From a virus, in the IMG/VR virus record IMGVR_UViG_3300042965_000128, positions 7,234 to 71,233 of that record: DNA of 64,000 nucleotides. One strand, given 5' to 3'. The notes beneath the pieces are model-generated. The model was not told the DNA's origin, did not search any database, and was given only the letters and a program-made list of their open reading frames with translations. Of the stretch, positions 35,641 to 44,224 are shown piece after piece. Both the position numbers and the translations under genes were made by a program. Numbering within the stretch: position 1 is the stretch's first letter; each line of letters begins with the position of its first letter.

Positions 35641-36429
35641 ATGAGAAGAGTATCAAGAGACGAGATAATAAGGGAGTTAGATGTATGTGCAGAGATGCTT
35701 GAGAAGGAGGGGTTGACTTCGTTTGCGAGGGATATAGACAAGATAACTGCGAGGATAGAGGATGGTGCGTCGTTGAATGATGTGAGTCATGATATACTGG
35801 ATGTTCTGCAGAGGCTTGAGGATGTAGCGTATTGGCGTGCTGCTGAGGAAGAAAAGAAAGAGGAGGAGAAGGAAGAGAAGAAGGAGGCTTGGTTAAGGAG
35901 AAGGTATGCTGATGAGGATGAGGAGGAGAAGGAAGAGAAGAAGGAAGCATGGTTAAGGAGAAGGTATGCTGATGAGGATGAAGAGGAAGAGGAAAGAAAG
36001 GAAGCGAGGAGAAGGGCACTGAGGAGAGCGTTGTTGAGAAGAAGGTTTGCAGAGGAGGACGAAGAAGAGGAAGAGAGGAAGGAGGCTTGGTTGAGAAGAA
36101 GGTATGCTGGTGAGGATGAGGATGAAGAGGAAGAGGAAAGAAAGGAGGCGAGGAGGAGGGCGTTGAGAAGGGCTCTATTGAGGGCAAGACTCGCTGAGGA
36201 AGAAGAGGAGAAAGAAAAGGAGGAGAAGGAAGCGGAGTTCAGACCACGACTGAGATATAGGTTCAGGAGACCACTATACGAATATGAATATGAACCGCCC
36301 TACCGTTACGAGTATGAATACGAGCAACCGTATCGTTACGAATATGAATATGAGCCACCGTATCGTTACGAATATGAGTATGAGCCCTTGCCTCGCTTGA
36401 GGAGAAGAAGACTGCTCAGGAGGATTTAG
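35641..36429 (+). CDS. repetitive Arg/Glu block protein with a Tyr-Glu repeat tail
   Basis: strong RBS; helical N-domain, repeats EEEKKEAWLRRRYA and RKEARRRALRRALL, then (YEYEYEPPYR)x4. Confidence 0.8.
   Translation: MRRVSRDEIIRELDVCAEMLEKEGLTSFARDIDKITARIEDGASLNDVSHDILDVLQRLEDVAYWRAAEEEKKEEEKEEKKEAWLRRRYADEDEEEKEEKKEAWLRRRYADEDEEEEERKEARRRALRRALLRRRFAEEDEEEEERKEAWLRRRYAGEDEDEEEEERKEARRRALRRALLRARLAEEEEEKEKEEKEAEFRPRLRYRFRRPLYEYEYEPPYRYEYEYEQPYRYEYEYEPPYRYEYEYEPLPRLRRRRLLRRI
35860..36230 (+). repeat. coding tandem repeats (60-bp unit plus larger nested units)
   Basis: 35881-35940 and 35941-36000 are nearly identical; a further copy follows near 36080. Confidence 0.85.
36277..36396 (+). repeat. 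4 x 30-bp coding tandem repeat
   Basis: TACGA(A/G)TATGA(A/G)TA(T/C)GA(A/G)... units at 36277, 36307, 36337, 36367. Confidence 0.9.
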
Positions 36430-36771
36430 TTGTTTAGTTTTCGTGTAGTTGCGGAGGTTGCGAGGCTGGTAGAGAAGGTGATACTGATGAATAAGGAGGA
36501 ATCGCTCATTAAGGATGTTCTTTTTAATCCGAATTTTCTTTTTCGTTTGAGGGAGGAGTTACCTGAGTTGCGAGAGGGTGGATTTGTGATAACGATAAGT
36601 GAGGTTGATTCGCCTGAGGGCAGGATTGTAGGTGGTAGTATCAGGAAGGATGGTGCGGTTTTTGATCTTGGTTCGGTTATAATATCGGAGGAAGGTGTGA
36701 AGCCACTTGGTGGATTAAGATCATATATGGATTTGATAAGATTTATTTCGAGTGTTGAAGAAAAGGATTAA
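36430..36771 (+). CDS. hypothetical protein
   Basis: abuts the upstream stop; RBS AGGAGG. Confidence 0.6.
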   Translation: MFSFRVVAEVARLVEKVILMNKEESLIKDVLFNPNFLFRLREELPELREGGFVITISEVDSPEGRIVGGSIRKDGAVFDLGSVIISEEGVKPLGGLRSYMDLIRFISSVEEKD

Positions 36772-36788
36772 ATTAAGGGGGTGAAACG

Positions 36789-37409
36789 ATGGAAAGAACA
36801 GAGATTAAAAGAGAGGGAGTGGGGAAGAAGGGGTTGATGGAACTTTTTAAGGAGAAGGCACCTATATGGGTGCGTAATAATTCTGCGAGGGTGCTGGGTG
36901 AGCCTGTGTATATCTTTTTGAGGTTGGGTGATGAGCATCGTTCGGTCAAGGTTGATCCAATCCCGCCTGGTGATGAGCCTGTTTGTTTAACTGATAAGGT
37001 TCCACATAAGTTTTTGGAGGAGTGCACTGACCTGTTCAGGCTGGTTGATAAGGGGATTCTTGAGGTTGTGATGCCTGAGGATGCGGAGGCTTATTATAGG
37101 GCGAATCCGGGGAAGAAGGAGGTGGTGAGGCAGAAGATAAGGAGTTTGATAGAGGCGTCGGAGTCCGGTGGTGCACGTTTCCAGCAGATGATTGGCAGGA
37201 CAGTGATGAGGCAGGCACCGGGTGCTGCGGTTACTACTGGTTCTTTTGAGGTTTCGCCGCGTGTGAAGTGGCTTGTAGCGGCTTATAAGGCGGGTGTTCT
37301 ATCAAAGGAAGGTTTTAGGGTGGAATTGAGTGCAATATCAGACGCATTGACAGAGGTTGATAAGGATTATTTGCGTTCAAATATCAAGGATATTGATGTT
37401 TTGGGTTGA
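36789..37409 (+). CDS. hypothetical head-region protein
   Basis: RBS GGGGGTG, 206 aa. Confidence 0.7.
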   Translation: MERTEIKREGVGKKGLMELFKEKAPIWVRNNSARVLGEPVYIFLRLGDEHRSVKVDPIPPGDEPVCLTDKVPHKFLEECTDLFRLVDKGILEVVMPEDAEAYYRANPGKKEVVRQKIRSLIEASESGGARFQQMIGRTVMRQAPGAAVTTGSFEVSPRVKWLVAAYKAGVLSKEGFRVELSAISDALTEVDKDYLRSNIKDIDVLG

Positions 37410-37919
37410 TTGTGTGTCATGCCGGAGCTGATGCGTGTGGATGCAAGCACTCCCTTCGGTGAGATAAGAAGGGAGGTGCTGGAGTGGTATCAGCTCACGG
37501 AGGAGGCTGCACGGAATTTGTATAATTCGTTTGAGAGTGTGGATGAGTGTTTGCGGTTTGCAGTTGATATTGGGTTGAGGAGTCCTGCGGATTTTTGTGG
37601 GAAGATATATGTTCTTGCTTCTGGTGAATTTCCTGTTATAGATGTTGCGAAGCGTGTTTCGGCGACTGGTGCGTTTAAGCGTTTTTCCGATTTCGTTCAG
37701 GGTGTTCTTGACAAATTAAGGAGTGAGCCTTTAAATCCGCAGGTTTTGAGGCAACTTGGTGTTTCGCAGCAATTTATTGTTGAGGGGATGGAATCTGCGT
37801 TACGGTTTGCAAGGGATGAGCAGGATCTGGTTATGATGTTGAATTCGATAACGCCTGAGTTTGGGAAGCGTCTTTTTTCGGAGTGGGTGGTGAGTGAACG
37901 AAGGATGATGGGAGGGTGA
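37410..37919 (+). CDS. hypothetical protein
   Basis: packed ORF. Confidence 0.6.
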   Translation: MCVMPELMRVDASTPFGEIRREVLEWYQLTEEAARNLYNSFESVDECLRFAVDIGLRSPADFCGKIYVLASGEFPVIDVAKRVSATGAFKRFSDFVQGVLDKLRSEPLNPQVLRQLGVSQQFIVEGMESALRFARDEQDLVMMLNSITPEFGKRLFSEWVVSERRMMGG

Positions 37920-37923
37920 GCTG

Positions 37924-38166
37924 ATGGAAACGAAGGACCTTGCACTTGCGGCATATTTGCGTATGAAGGGTTTTAAGCTGTGTGATGTCAGGAAGGTGGA
38001 TGGGGAGTTTGCTTTTCGGTTTGAGGACACTGCGGAGATATATAAGGCGTCGCTTGAGTATGTGAATAGTGATTTTGCGCGGTTTGAGGCGGCGATGCGT
38101 GGGTTGAAGAAGTTGATACGTTCTTTGAGGGAGCGTGAGGAAGCGAAGGTTAGTAATAGCAGGTGA
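37924..38166 (+). CDS. DUF5659-like small phage protein
   Basis: TKDLALAAYL..KGFKL...F.FED pattern. Confidence 0.6.
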   Translation: METKDLALAAYLRMKGFKLCDVRKVDGEFAFRFEDTAEIYKASLEYVNSDFARFEAAMRGLKKLIRSLREREEAKVSNSR

Positions 38167-38172
38167 TGGGTA

Positions 38173-39054
38173 ATGGCACTTTCATTATCTTTAGCGAGGA
38201 ATGTTCGTGTTTTTCCGAAGGATTTTGATGCGCGTATACGGTTTGAAGTAAGGGACCAGTTTGATCGGTTAGTAGATTTAGTTGATTGGTTGCTTGTTCT
38301 TTATGGTGATAGAGAGAAGGTTGATGAGGATCCTAATAGGGTAGAGCGGGTAGGGGAGGGTGTTTTTGATTTCAAATATGAAAAGGATAAGTTATCCCGT
38401 TTCAGGGAGTTGTTTCTTGAATTAAAGGGGAAGAAGGCGTCGGATCCGGGTGAGGAATTTTTTTATGTGCATCTTTTTAAGCCGATAACGCCTGTTGTGA
38501 TGACGCATATAATATATTTGCGTAATCAGATTGATAAGGCGTTGAAGTCTGTGGGTAGGCCGATAGATGAATTTTTTAAGCCTGATGATAATGTTATAGC
38601 GGTTGATAAGGTCATGGATAGTTTGCCATTTGGGTATAGTGATGAGCATTGTGTTTTGTATCTGGAGCTGGGTTTGAGTTTGATTAATGCTCGTCCACCT
38701 TATACTGCGTTTACGCTTGAGGATTTTCCGTTTGCGGTGGCGGGTATGCTTTTGGTGGATGCGGCGACCATAGTGGCGCTTGAGAGTCAGGGTTTGTTTT
38801 CGATTGATACTGATTTTGATTATAGTTTGGGTGGGAAGTCATTTGTTGTGAGGCATGCGGATGCTATATCATCCTTTTTGAGGGATATAGCGGAGCGGTT
38901 TAACCAGAATCTGCGCATGTTTAAGTCGATGTACAGAACGAAGGGAACGGTGATGGTTCAGGTTCCGTTCGGTTGGGGATTTGGGCGATTTTTATCTGTT
39001 GTGCCGACTGGTTGGTTTGCGCGGTTTGGTTTGGGTGTTACGCGGTTGTATTAG
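38173..39054 (+). CDS. putative head-tail adaptor (neck) protein
   Basis: position; YSDE...YL..GL..IN..PP.T.F, DFDYS.GG.S. Confidence 0.55.
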   Translation: MALSLSLARNVRVFPKDFDARIRFEVRDQFDRLVDLVDWLLVLYGDREKVDEDPNRVERVGEGVFDFKYEKDKLSRFRELFLELKGKKASDPGEEFFYVHLFKPITPVVMTHIIYLRNQIDKALKSVGRPIDEFFKPDDNVIAVDKVMDSLPFGYSDEHCVLYLELGLSLINARPPYTAFTLEDFPFAVAGMLLVDAATIVALESQGLFSIDTDFDYSLGGKSFVVRHADAISSFLRDIAERFNQNLRMFKSMYRTKGTVMVQVPFGWGFGRFLSVVPTGWFARFGLGVTRLY

Positions 39055-39073
39055 GTTGGTGAGGCAAGTGTTG

Positions 39074-39319
39074 ATGCGGGTTATAGCAAGCTTGAGGAGG
39101 GTGATGTGGGATATTTATGGTGATAAGACGGTTATAGATAGGTTGGTTAAGGAGTGGTTAGGGAAAAAGGGTGTTATAGGTATTGGGTTTAAGGAGGTTG
39201 AGGGAGAGGCGCACATAGTTTTTTATGTTTTACCACCTTTCAGGAGGGATGATTATCCTTATGAGGCATGTGGATATAGAGTGATTGTAGAACCTTCCGG
39301 GCCGATTTTTGTTTTGTGA
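39074..39319 (+). CDS. small hypothetical protein
   Basis: start moved from 38981 to ATG 39074 after GAGG; GVIGIG...IVFYV. Confidence 0.5.
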   Translation: MRVIASLRRVMWDIYGDKTVIDRLVKEWLGKKGVIGIGFKEVEGEAHIVFYVLPPFRRDDYPYEACGYRVIVEPSGPIFVL

Positions 39320-40204
39320 GTGGTTATGTGGTGGAAGGCGCCATATCAGAAGTTATTTGCGTCTCGGGTAATTCCGATAGCGGTTTATAACAATTATAGA
39401 TTGTTGGAGATTGCGGGTGAGCCTGTGCATGTGCTTGTTAGGGTTCGTGCGGAGTATTGTGCGAAGCGGTTGGTGAAGGTGGTTGATAGCGGGCAGCTGG
39501 AGCGGTATGAGGATCAGCGTGTAGCGGTTTGGTGGGTCTGGCGTTCTGGTGTTGATTATGATGAGGAATTTCCTGATATAAGGGATATTGTTGTGCGGGT
39601 TGATGGTGTTGAGGGGGTGAATGTATATGCGGTTGAGTTTATGGAGCAGATGCATCATTTTTATGTTAGAGATGTCAGGGATGATTTAGGGCATAGGGTT
39701 GGTATATTTTTCAGGAGGGACATTTTGGATAGCGAGCATAGGATCGAGTGTGCTTATTTCCCTATTCATCCTGATTTTGATATTCATACTGGGCAGGTTT
39801 ATATAGGTGAGTCTGCGTTATCGAAGTATGGGTGGAGGCAACTCCGCTGGAGGACGTATTATAGAGGGAGGGTTTTGCATGATGTTATAATAGTGGCATT
39901 TCCCGATTTGAGGAGGGATTTGGTATTGGATAGGCATGGGTGGGTGCCTGAGTCAAGGTATGATGTGTGGACGAGTGCGCCGCCTTTTGCACCAATTTTA
40001 TATGAGCATGATGTGCTGGTGCGGTTGAATGGGTTGCGATATGAGATCAGGAATATGGTGCCGAATCTGGTGGAGGGTGTTTTGGTGCAGCAGGATTTTG
40101 AGGTTAGTGAAATATCGCCCTCAAGTCCTGTTTATGATATTGCTGTTGATTCGTTGAAGGGGACGTTGAAGGGCTTTCCTGAAAGGAAGGTGTACAGTGG
40201 TTGA
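39320..40204 (+). CDS. putative head closure/neck protein
   Basis: position; GEPVHV..R, WT...P.L...D.LV....RY. Confidence 0.5.
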   Translation: MVMWWKAPYQKLFASRVIPIAVYNNYRLLEIAGEPVHVLVRVRAEYCAKRLVKVVDSGQLERYEDQRVAVWWVWRSGVDYDEEFPDIRDIVVRVDGVEGVNVYAVEFMEQMHHFYVRDVRDDLGHRVGIFFRRDILDSEHRIECAYFPIHPDFDIHTGQVYIGESALSKYGWRQLRWRTYYRGRVLHDVIIVAFPDLRRDLVLDRHGWVPESRYDVWTSAPPFAPILYEHDVLVRLNGLRYEIRNMVPNLVEGVLVQQDFEVSEISPSSPVYDIAVDSLKGTLKGFPERKVYSG

Positions 40205-40457
40205 TTATACGCCTATAATCAAAGCATTTGGTGATGCTATTAAGAAGAGGATGAAACAATTATTTGAGAGTGTTGTGGATGATTTGTTTTTGGAAATGTT
40301 GCGTGAATCAGATTTGGATGTTGTGAGGCGTGCTATGAAGAGTGAGGTAGGGCATGGGCGGTATGTGTTTAAGGTGGGTGGCTTTTTGTTTCATAGAGAG
40401 GGTTTTGGTCGCACTGGTATTTTGAAGAAGATGGCTGAAGCATCGGAGGAGAGGTAG
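40197..40457 (+). CDS. hypothetical neck-region protein
   Basis: overlap-packed ORF. Confidence 0.55.
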   Translation: MVDYTPIIKAFGDAIKKRMKQLFESVVDDLFLEMLRESDLDVVRRAMKSEVGHGRYVFKVGGFLFHREGFGRTGILKKMAEASEER

Positions 40458-41060
40458 ATGTTTGTTTCGTTGAGGAATTATTTGATACAGGAGTTTACGA
40501 TTTTTTTGAAGGCGGTTTTGAGCGCTGTCAGGGATGGTCGTGTTAAGGTGCGGAATTGGGATAATAAGGTTTTGAGTCTGGATGGTGCTGATGTGTGGGT
40601 ATCAACTCCGGATTTTTGGGCTCCGCAGCGGACGCCTGCCGTGACGGTTGAGATTTCTTCGGTTACGGCTGACTTTACGAGTATTGCGAAGGGTTTTTCA
40701 AGATTAGAGGAGAATAAGAAGCAGTTTTTGTATCTTGCGAATAGCACTGTTGATTTAACCTGTTTTGGGCGTTCGGTTCAGGAGCGTGATACGCTCGTTG
40801 ATTTGGTGAGTTTCTTTTTGATGAGGAGGGACGCGTTTGATTATTTCGGTTCTCGTGGGATACGATTTGCTGAGGCGGTTCGTGTGTCTGGTATGGGTGA
40901 AGAAACTCCTCCTGGGCAGGATTTCAAGATATATTTTGGGAGTTTGTCTGTAGTTGTGAATACGGAGACGCACATAGTTGAGGAGGCGCCATATACCTTG
41001 AAGGAGGTAGTGGTCGAGTATGTTGGTAGGATTGCGCTTGAGCTTCGTGAAGGTACTTGA
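40458..41060 (+). CDS. putative tail terminator/completion protein
   Basis: directly upstream of the sheath gene; PAVTV, RS..ERD.L.D. Confidence 0.6.
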   Translation: MFVSLRNYLIQEFTIFLKAVLSAVRDGRVKVRNWDNKVLSLDGADVWVSTPDFWAPQRTPAVTVEISSVTADFTSIAKGFSRLEENKKQFLYLANSTVDLTCFGRSVQERDTLVDLVSFFLMRRDAFDYFGSRGIRFAEAVRVSGMGEETPPGQDFKIYFGSLSVVVNTETHIVEEAPYTLKEVVVEYVGRIALELREGT

Positions 41061-41101
41061 TAATTAGGTTGAAAACGGTTAAGATAAGGATAATGGTCGT
41101 A

Positions 41102-41130
41102 TTGGATTTAAATTCCATTTTTGATAAAAT
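41102..41130 (+). promoter_or_regulatory. sigma70-like promoter for the tail sheath
   Basis: TTGGAT, 17-nt spacer, TG-A-TAAAAT. Confidence 0.45.
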
Positions 41131-41147
41131 TTGGAGGAGAGGTTGAT

Positions 41148-42899
41148 ATGGCTACGAGGCTGCCTGGTGTTGTAGTAAGGATAGTTCCCGATATAGGTAG
41201 GCCGACTTTACCTGCTTTTCCGCGTTATGTTTGTGTTATAGGGCAGGGGGAGCACAGGTTGCTTGTTCGTAATGAGGCGGTGGTGCGTGGTTCAGGTGAT
41301 GTCGATCTGCTTATGAGTGTTCCGGTGGAGGAAATACTGATGGTTGGTGATTCGCCAGATCGGTCTGATTATTTGCTTGATACGGATTATGAGGTTTATG
41401 TGCGTGATGGTGTAAGGGTCGGGATAAGGTGGAAGGAGTTAACACCTGCAGTTATAGGACCTGGTGTAGGTGAACCCTTTGATCTTTCTGTGAAGTATAG
41501 ACTTGTTTTGGATGTGGACGGGAGAGGGGCGCTGACAATAAGTTTGCCTCAGCGTTCGGATGTTACGGCGAGTGAGGTTGTGACAGCGATTAATACTGCG
41601 CTGGTGAATGATGCGAGGTATGGTGGTGCTTATGGTAGTGTTGCGAGTGCTGTAGATGGGAGGGTGAAGTTGACTTCGGTGGTTTTAGGTGTGTCCGGTT
41701 CGATTACTATTTATCCTGATGCGTTGGGTTGTGAGGAGATAATTTTTGGTGACCTGGATGGTGATGGTGATACAGGTGGTTTGGAGAGTTTGTATCAGGT
41801 GAGGGGTAGCGGAAGGGCGAGACCACAGGAAGGGTATGTTTATTATGTAACATACAGGTATACAGCGCCTGATGCGACTTATGAGCCGCAGTTGTATTTT
41901 GATCTGGGGCCGCTTATGAGGGATCATGGTGAATTATTTTTGGGTGACCCGACGAGGAAGTTGAATCCGATTGTTGCGATGGCGAAGCTGGCGTTTCAGG
42001 ATCACCCTGAGCGTATACCCGGGTTGGTTGTGATACAACTTGATTTGCGGAATGCTGCGGATCCTTATAATCCAACTATAGATGAGTTGAGGGCGGCGTA
42101 TAATGCGGTGATTGATAAGCTCGAGCGGATAACATACGGCAAGTTGTATCTCGTTGCTGATACCACGGATGGTGTGATTATCAATGCACTTTTGAATCAT
42201 GTTAAGAGGATGAGTAATCCTGAGATTAAGGCGGAGCGTATGTTGATAATTTCTTTGCCTGCGGGTAGTACTGTTCAGGATTATGTGGAGAAAGCACCGA
42301 CTTATTTTTCGGAGAGGGTGATGTTGTTTTATCCACCGGAGATTAATGCTACGATAGATGTGAGTTATAAGTTTAGGTTGCCTGGGTATTATGGAGGGTT
42401 GGTGTATGCAGCGCGTAAGACGGCGCTGCCCGTTGGTAGGCCGATTAATATGGAGCCGCTTGCGAATTTAGATCTGGTTGGTAAGCCCCTGACTTATAAT
42501 GAGAAGAGGGCGTTGCTGGGTGCTGGTGTGGCGGTGATAGATTACTATGGTGGTAGGGTTGTGATACTGCATGGTATAACTACGCGGACTGATTTTGTGA
42601 TATTGGAGGAGGAGAATGTTGTGGATATTGCGGATTATGTTAAGGCGGTGTGGCGTCAGCGATTGGAGCAGATATTTTTGAATAGGCCGATTGATGAGGG
42701 TTTGTTGAGGGATATGGTGGTTTTCTCTGGCACGCTTCTGGATTCGATGGTCAGGGATAGGATTTTGTCAGATTATAAGGATATTTCGGCTGTTCAGGAT
42801 GAGTCGGATCCGCGGATGGTTAGGGTTCGTGGAAGGGTTAAGCCTATGTTCCACACGCTTTATATCGATGTTGAATTTGTGTTTGCAACTGTGTTATAA
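41148..42899 (+). CDS. contractile tail sheath protein
   Basis: MATRLPGVVV start; HVKRMS...ER, HGITT, C-terminal DPR.V.V...VKPMF..LYI.V.F. Confidence 0.9.
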   Translation: MATRLPGVVVRIVPDIGRPTLPAFPRYVCVIGQGEHRLLVRNEAVVRGSGDVDLLMSVPVEEILMVGDSPDRSDYLLDTDYEVYVRDGVRVGIRWKELTPAVIGPGVGEPFDLSVKYRLVLDVDGRGALTISLPQRSDVTASEVVTAINTALVNDARYGGAYGSVASAVDGRVKLTSVVLGVSGSITIYPDALGCEEIIFGDLDGDGDTGGLESLYQVRGSGRARPQEGYVYYVTYRYTAPDATYEPQLYFDLGPLMRDHGELFLGDPTRKLNPIVAMAKLAFQDHPERIPGLVVIQLDLRNAADPYNPTIDELRAAYNAVIDKLERITYGKLYLVADTTDGVIINALLNHVKRMSNPEIKAERMLIISLPAGSTVQDYVEKAPTYFSERVMLFYPPEINATIDVSYKFRLPGYYGGLVYAARKTALPVGRPINMEPLANLDLVGKPLTYNEKRALLGAGVAVIDYYGGRVVILHGITTRTDFVILEEENVVDIADYVKAVWRQRLEQIFLNRPIDEGLLRDMVVFSGTLLDSMVRDRILSDYKDISAVQDESDPRMVRVRGRVKPMFHTLYIDVEFVFATVL

Positions 42900-42900
42900 T
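42871..42900 (+). promoter_or_regulatory. possible sigma70 promoter for the tail tube
   Basis: TTGAAT, 18-nt spacer, TG-T-TATAAT. Confidence 0.45.
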
Positions 42901-42918
42901 GATTGAGGAGGTTTTGAG

Positions 42919-43362
42919 ATGACGTTGCCACATACAGATACGAGGGTTTTTTATAGCTATGAGATTAAGATAAGGGGTGAGACGGTTGGTACATTGCAGG
43001 AGTTTTCGCCTTCTGCGAGGAAGACGGTTGAGCGTGTCAGGGAGATAAGTTTTGCGCAGGGGACAAGGGTTAAGGAAATTGTTCCTGGTGTGGTAGACTT
43101 CACGGTTACTGTATCGAAACTGATGCTTTATACGAGAAAGTTGACGGAGGTTTTAGGAGGTAAGGAAATTCATAGTATTGAGGATATAGTGGAGCCTTTC
43201 GAGATATATGAGTATTGTCACAAGCCTGGTGGTGAAACTGAGGTTGTGGTTTATCATGGTTGTCAAATAGAGTCGTATGATTATACGGTGAGTGTGAGGG
43301 AGACGTTGATTACGGAGAGGGCGACTATACAGGTTGCTTATGTGACGAAGGGTGGAACATAA
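42919..43362 (+). CDS. tail tube protein
   Basis: 147 aa after the sheath; VG.LQEFSP, REI, EIVPG, YHGC.I.SY, ITERATI. Confidence 0.85.
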   Translation: MTLPHTDTRVFYSYEIKIRGETVGTLQEFSPSARKTVERVREISFAQGTRVKEIVPGVVDFTVTVSKLMLYTRKLTEVLGGKEIHSIEDIVEPFEIYEYCHKPGGETEVVVYHGCQIESYDYTVSVRETLITERATIQVAYVTKGGT

Positions 43363-43438
43363 TAGGATTAGATTTATCTGGATGATTTAGGAATTCTGGC
43401 TTAGGCCGGCGATAAAATCCGACATAGAGGAGGATCGA

Positions 43439-43966
43439 ATGGTTGAGCAGGTTTCGGGATTGCAGTCGCTTGTGGATTTTTTGAAGAATTTGGATTTTAA
43501 GTCTAAGTTTGTGAATTTGGATTTGAGGTCGTTGTTGATGCGGGGTTATGTTCGTTCAGGGGAGATTGTTTTGTCGAAGGAGTTGAGGGTTGAGGTGCGT
43601 ACACTGCTTGTGAATGAGTGGATAAAGTGTAAGGAGGTTTTAGGGCAGTATAGGGATCCGGAGGCGGGTAATTTTGCGTTTATGGTTGAATATCTTGTAT
43701 ATGCGTTGATAACTGTGAATGGTGTTCAGCCTGTGATGGATATGCATGAGATACAGGAGTTTAGGGAGAAGCATGGTAGGGAGCCTACGATGGAGGAGCA
43801 GATACGGTATGTGTTGATGAATGTGTATCCTCCTTTTGTGGTTGAGCTTTTGTGGATGGTAGCGTGGAAATTTAAGCAGGATTTTGAGGAAGTTTTTATG
43901 CAACGGATTATTAATGAGTTTAGTGCTATTTCGGAGGAGATGAAGCGTGGAGTTGCTAGCGCTTGA
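43439..43966 (+). CDS. putative tail assembly chaperone
   Basis: between tube and tape measure; RTL...E, YAL..VNG. Confidence 0.6.
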   Translation: MVEQVSGLQSLVDFLKNLDFKSKFVNLDLRSLLMRGYVRSGEIVLSKELRVEVRTLLVNEWIKCKEVLGQYRDPEAGNFAFMVEYLVYALITVNGVQPVMDMHEIQEFREKHGREPTMEEQIRYVLMNVYPPFVVELLWMVAWKFKQDFEEVFMQRIINEFSAISEEMKRGVASA

Positions 43967-44219
43967 GGACAAGATACCTTATTGGATGGTGGAGAGTGTG
44001 TGTGCAGATTATAGTAAAACACCTGTGGAGCTTATGCAGATGTCTGTGTATCAGATAATGTTGTTGTTTTTGGCGAAGCGTCGTGCGGATGTGCGTGTGC
44101 GGTATTTGGTAGAGGAGATAAAGGCGTGGTTGAATCCTGATGCTTATATGCGGATTATGGAGGTTGAGCGGAATAAGCGTGTGAATGTGCTTTATATGAA
44201 GGAGGCTAGTCGGAAGTAG
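43947..44219 (+). CDS. second tail chaperone-like ORF
   Basis: GTG start with GGAGGA RBS at 43933-43938. Confidence 0.55.
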   Translation: MELLALEDKIPYWMVESVCADYSKTPVELMQMSVYQIMLLFLAKRRADVRVRYLVEEIKAWLNPDAYMRIMEVERNKRVNVLYMKEASRK

Positions 44220-44224
44220 GGTGA

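Noticed and set aside
35860-36396. CRISPR-like array
   Set aside because: The repeats are in-frame coding units with synonymous variation and no unique spacers.
43921-43966. Programmed frameshift between the tail chaperone ORFs
   Set aside because: The second ORF has a GTG start with a GGAGGA RBS and an in-frame TGA at 43941-43943; no slippery heptamer in the overlap.
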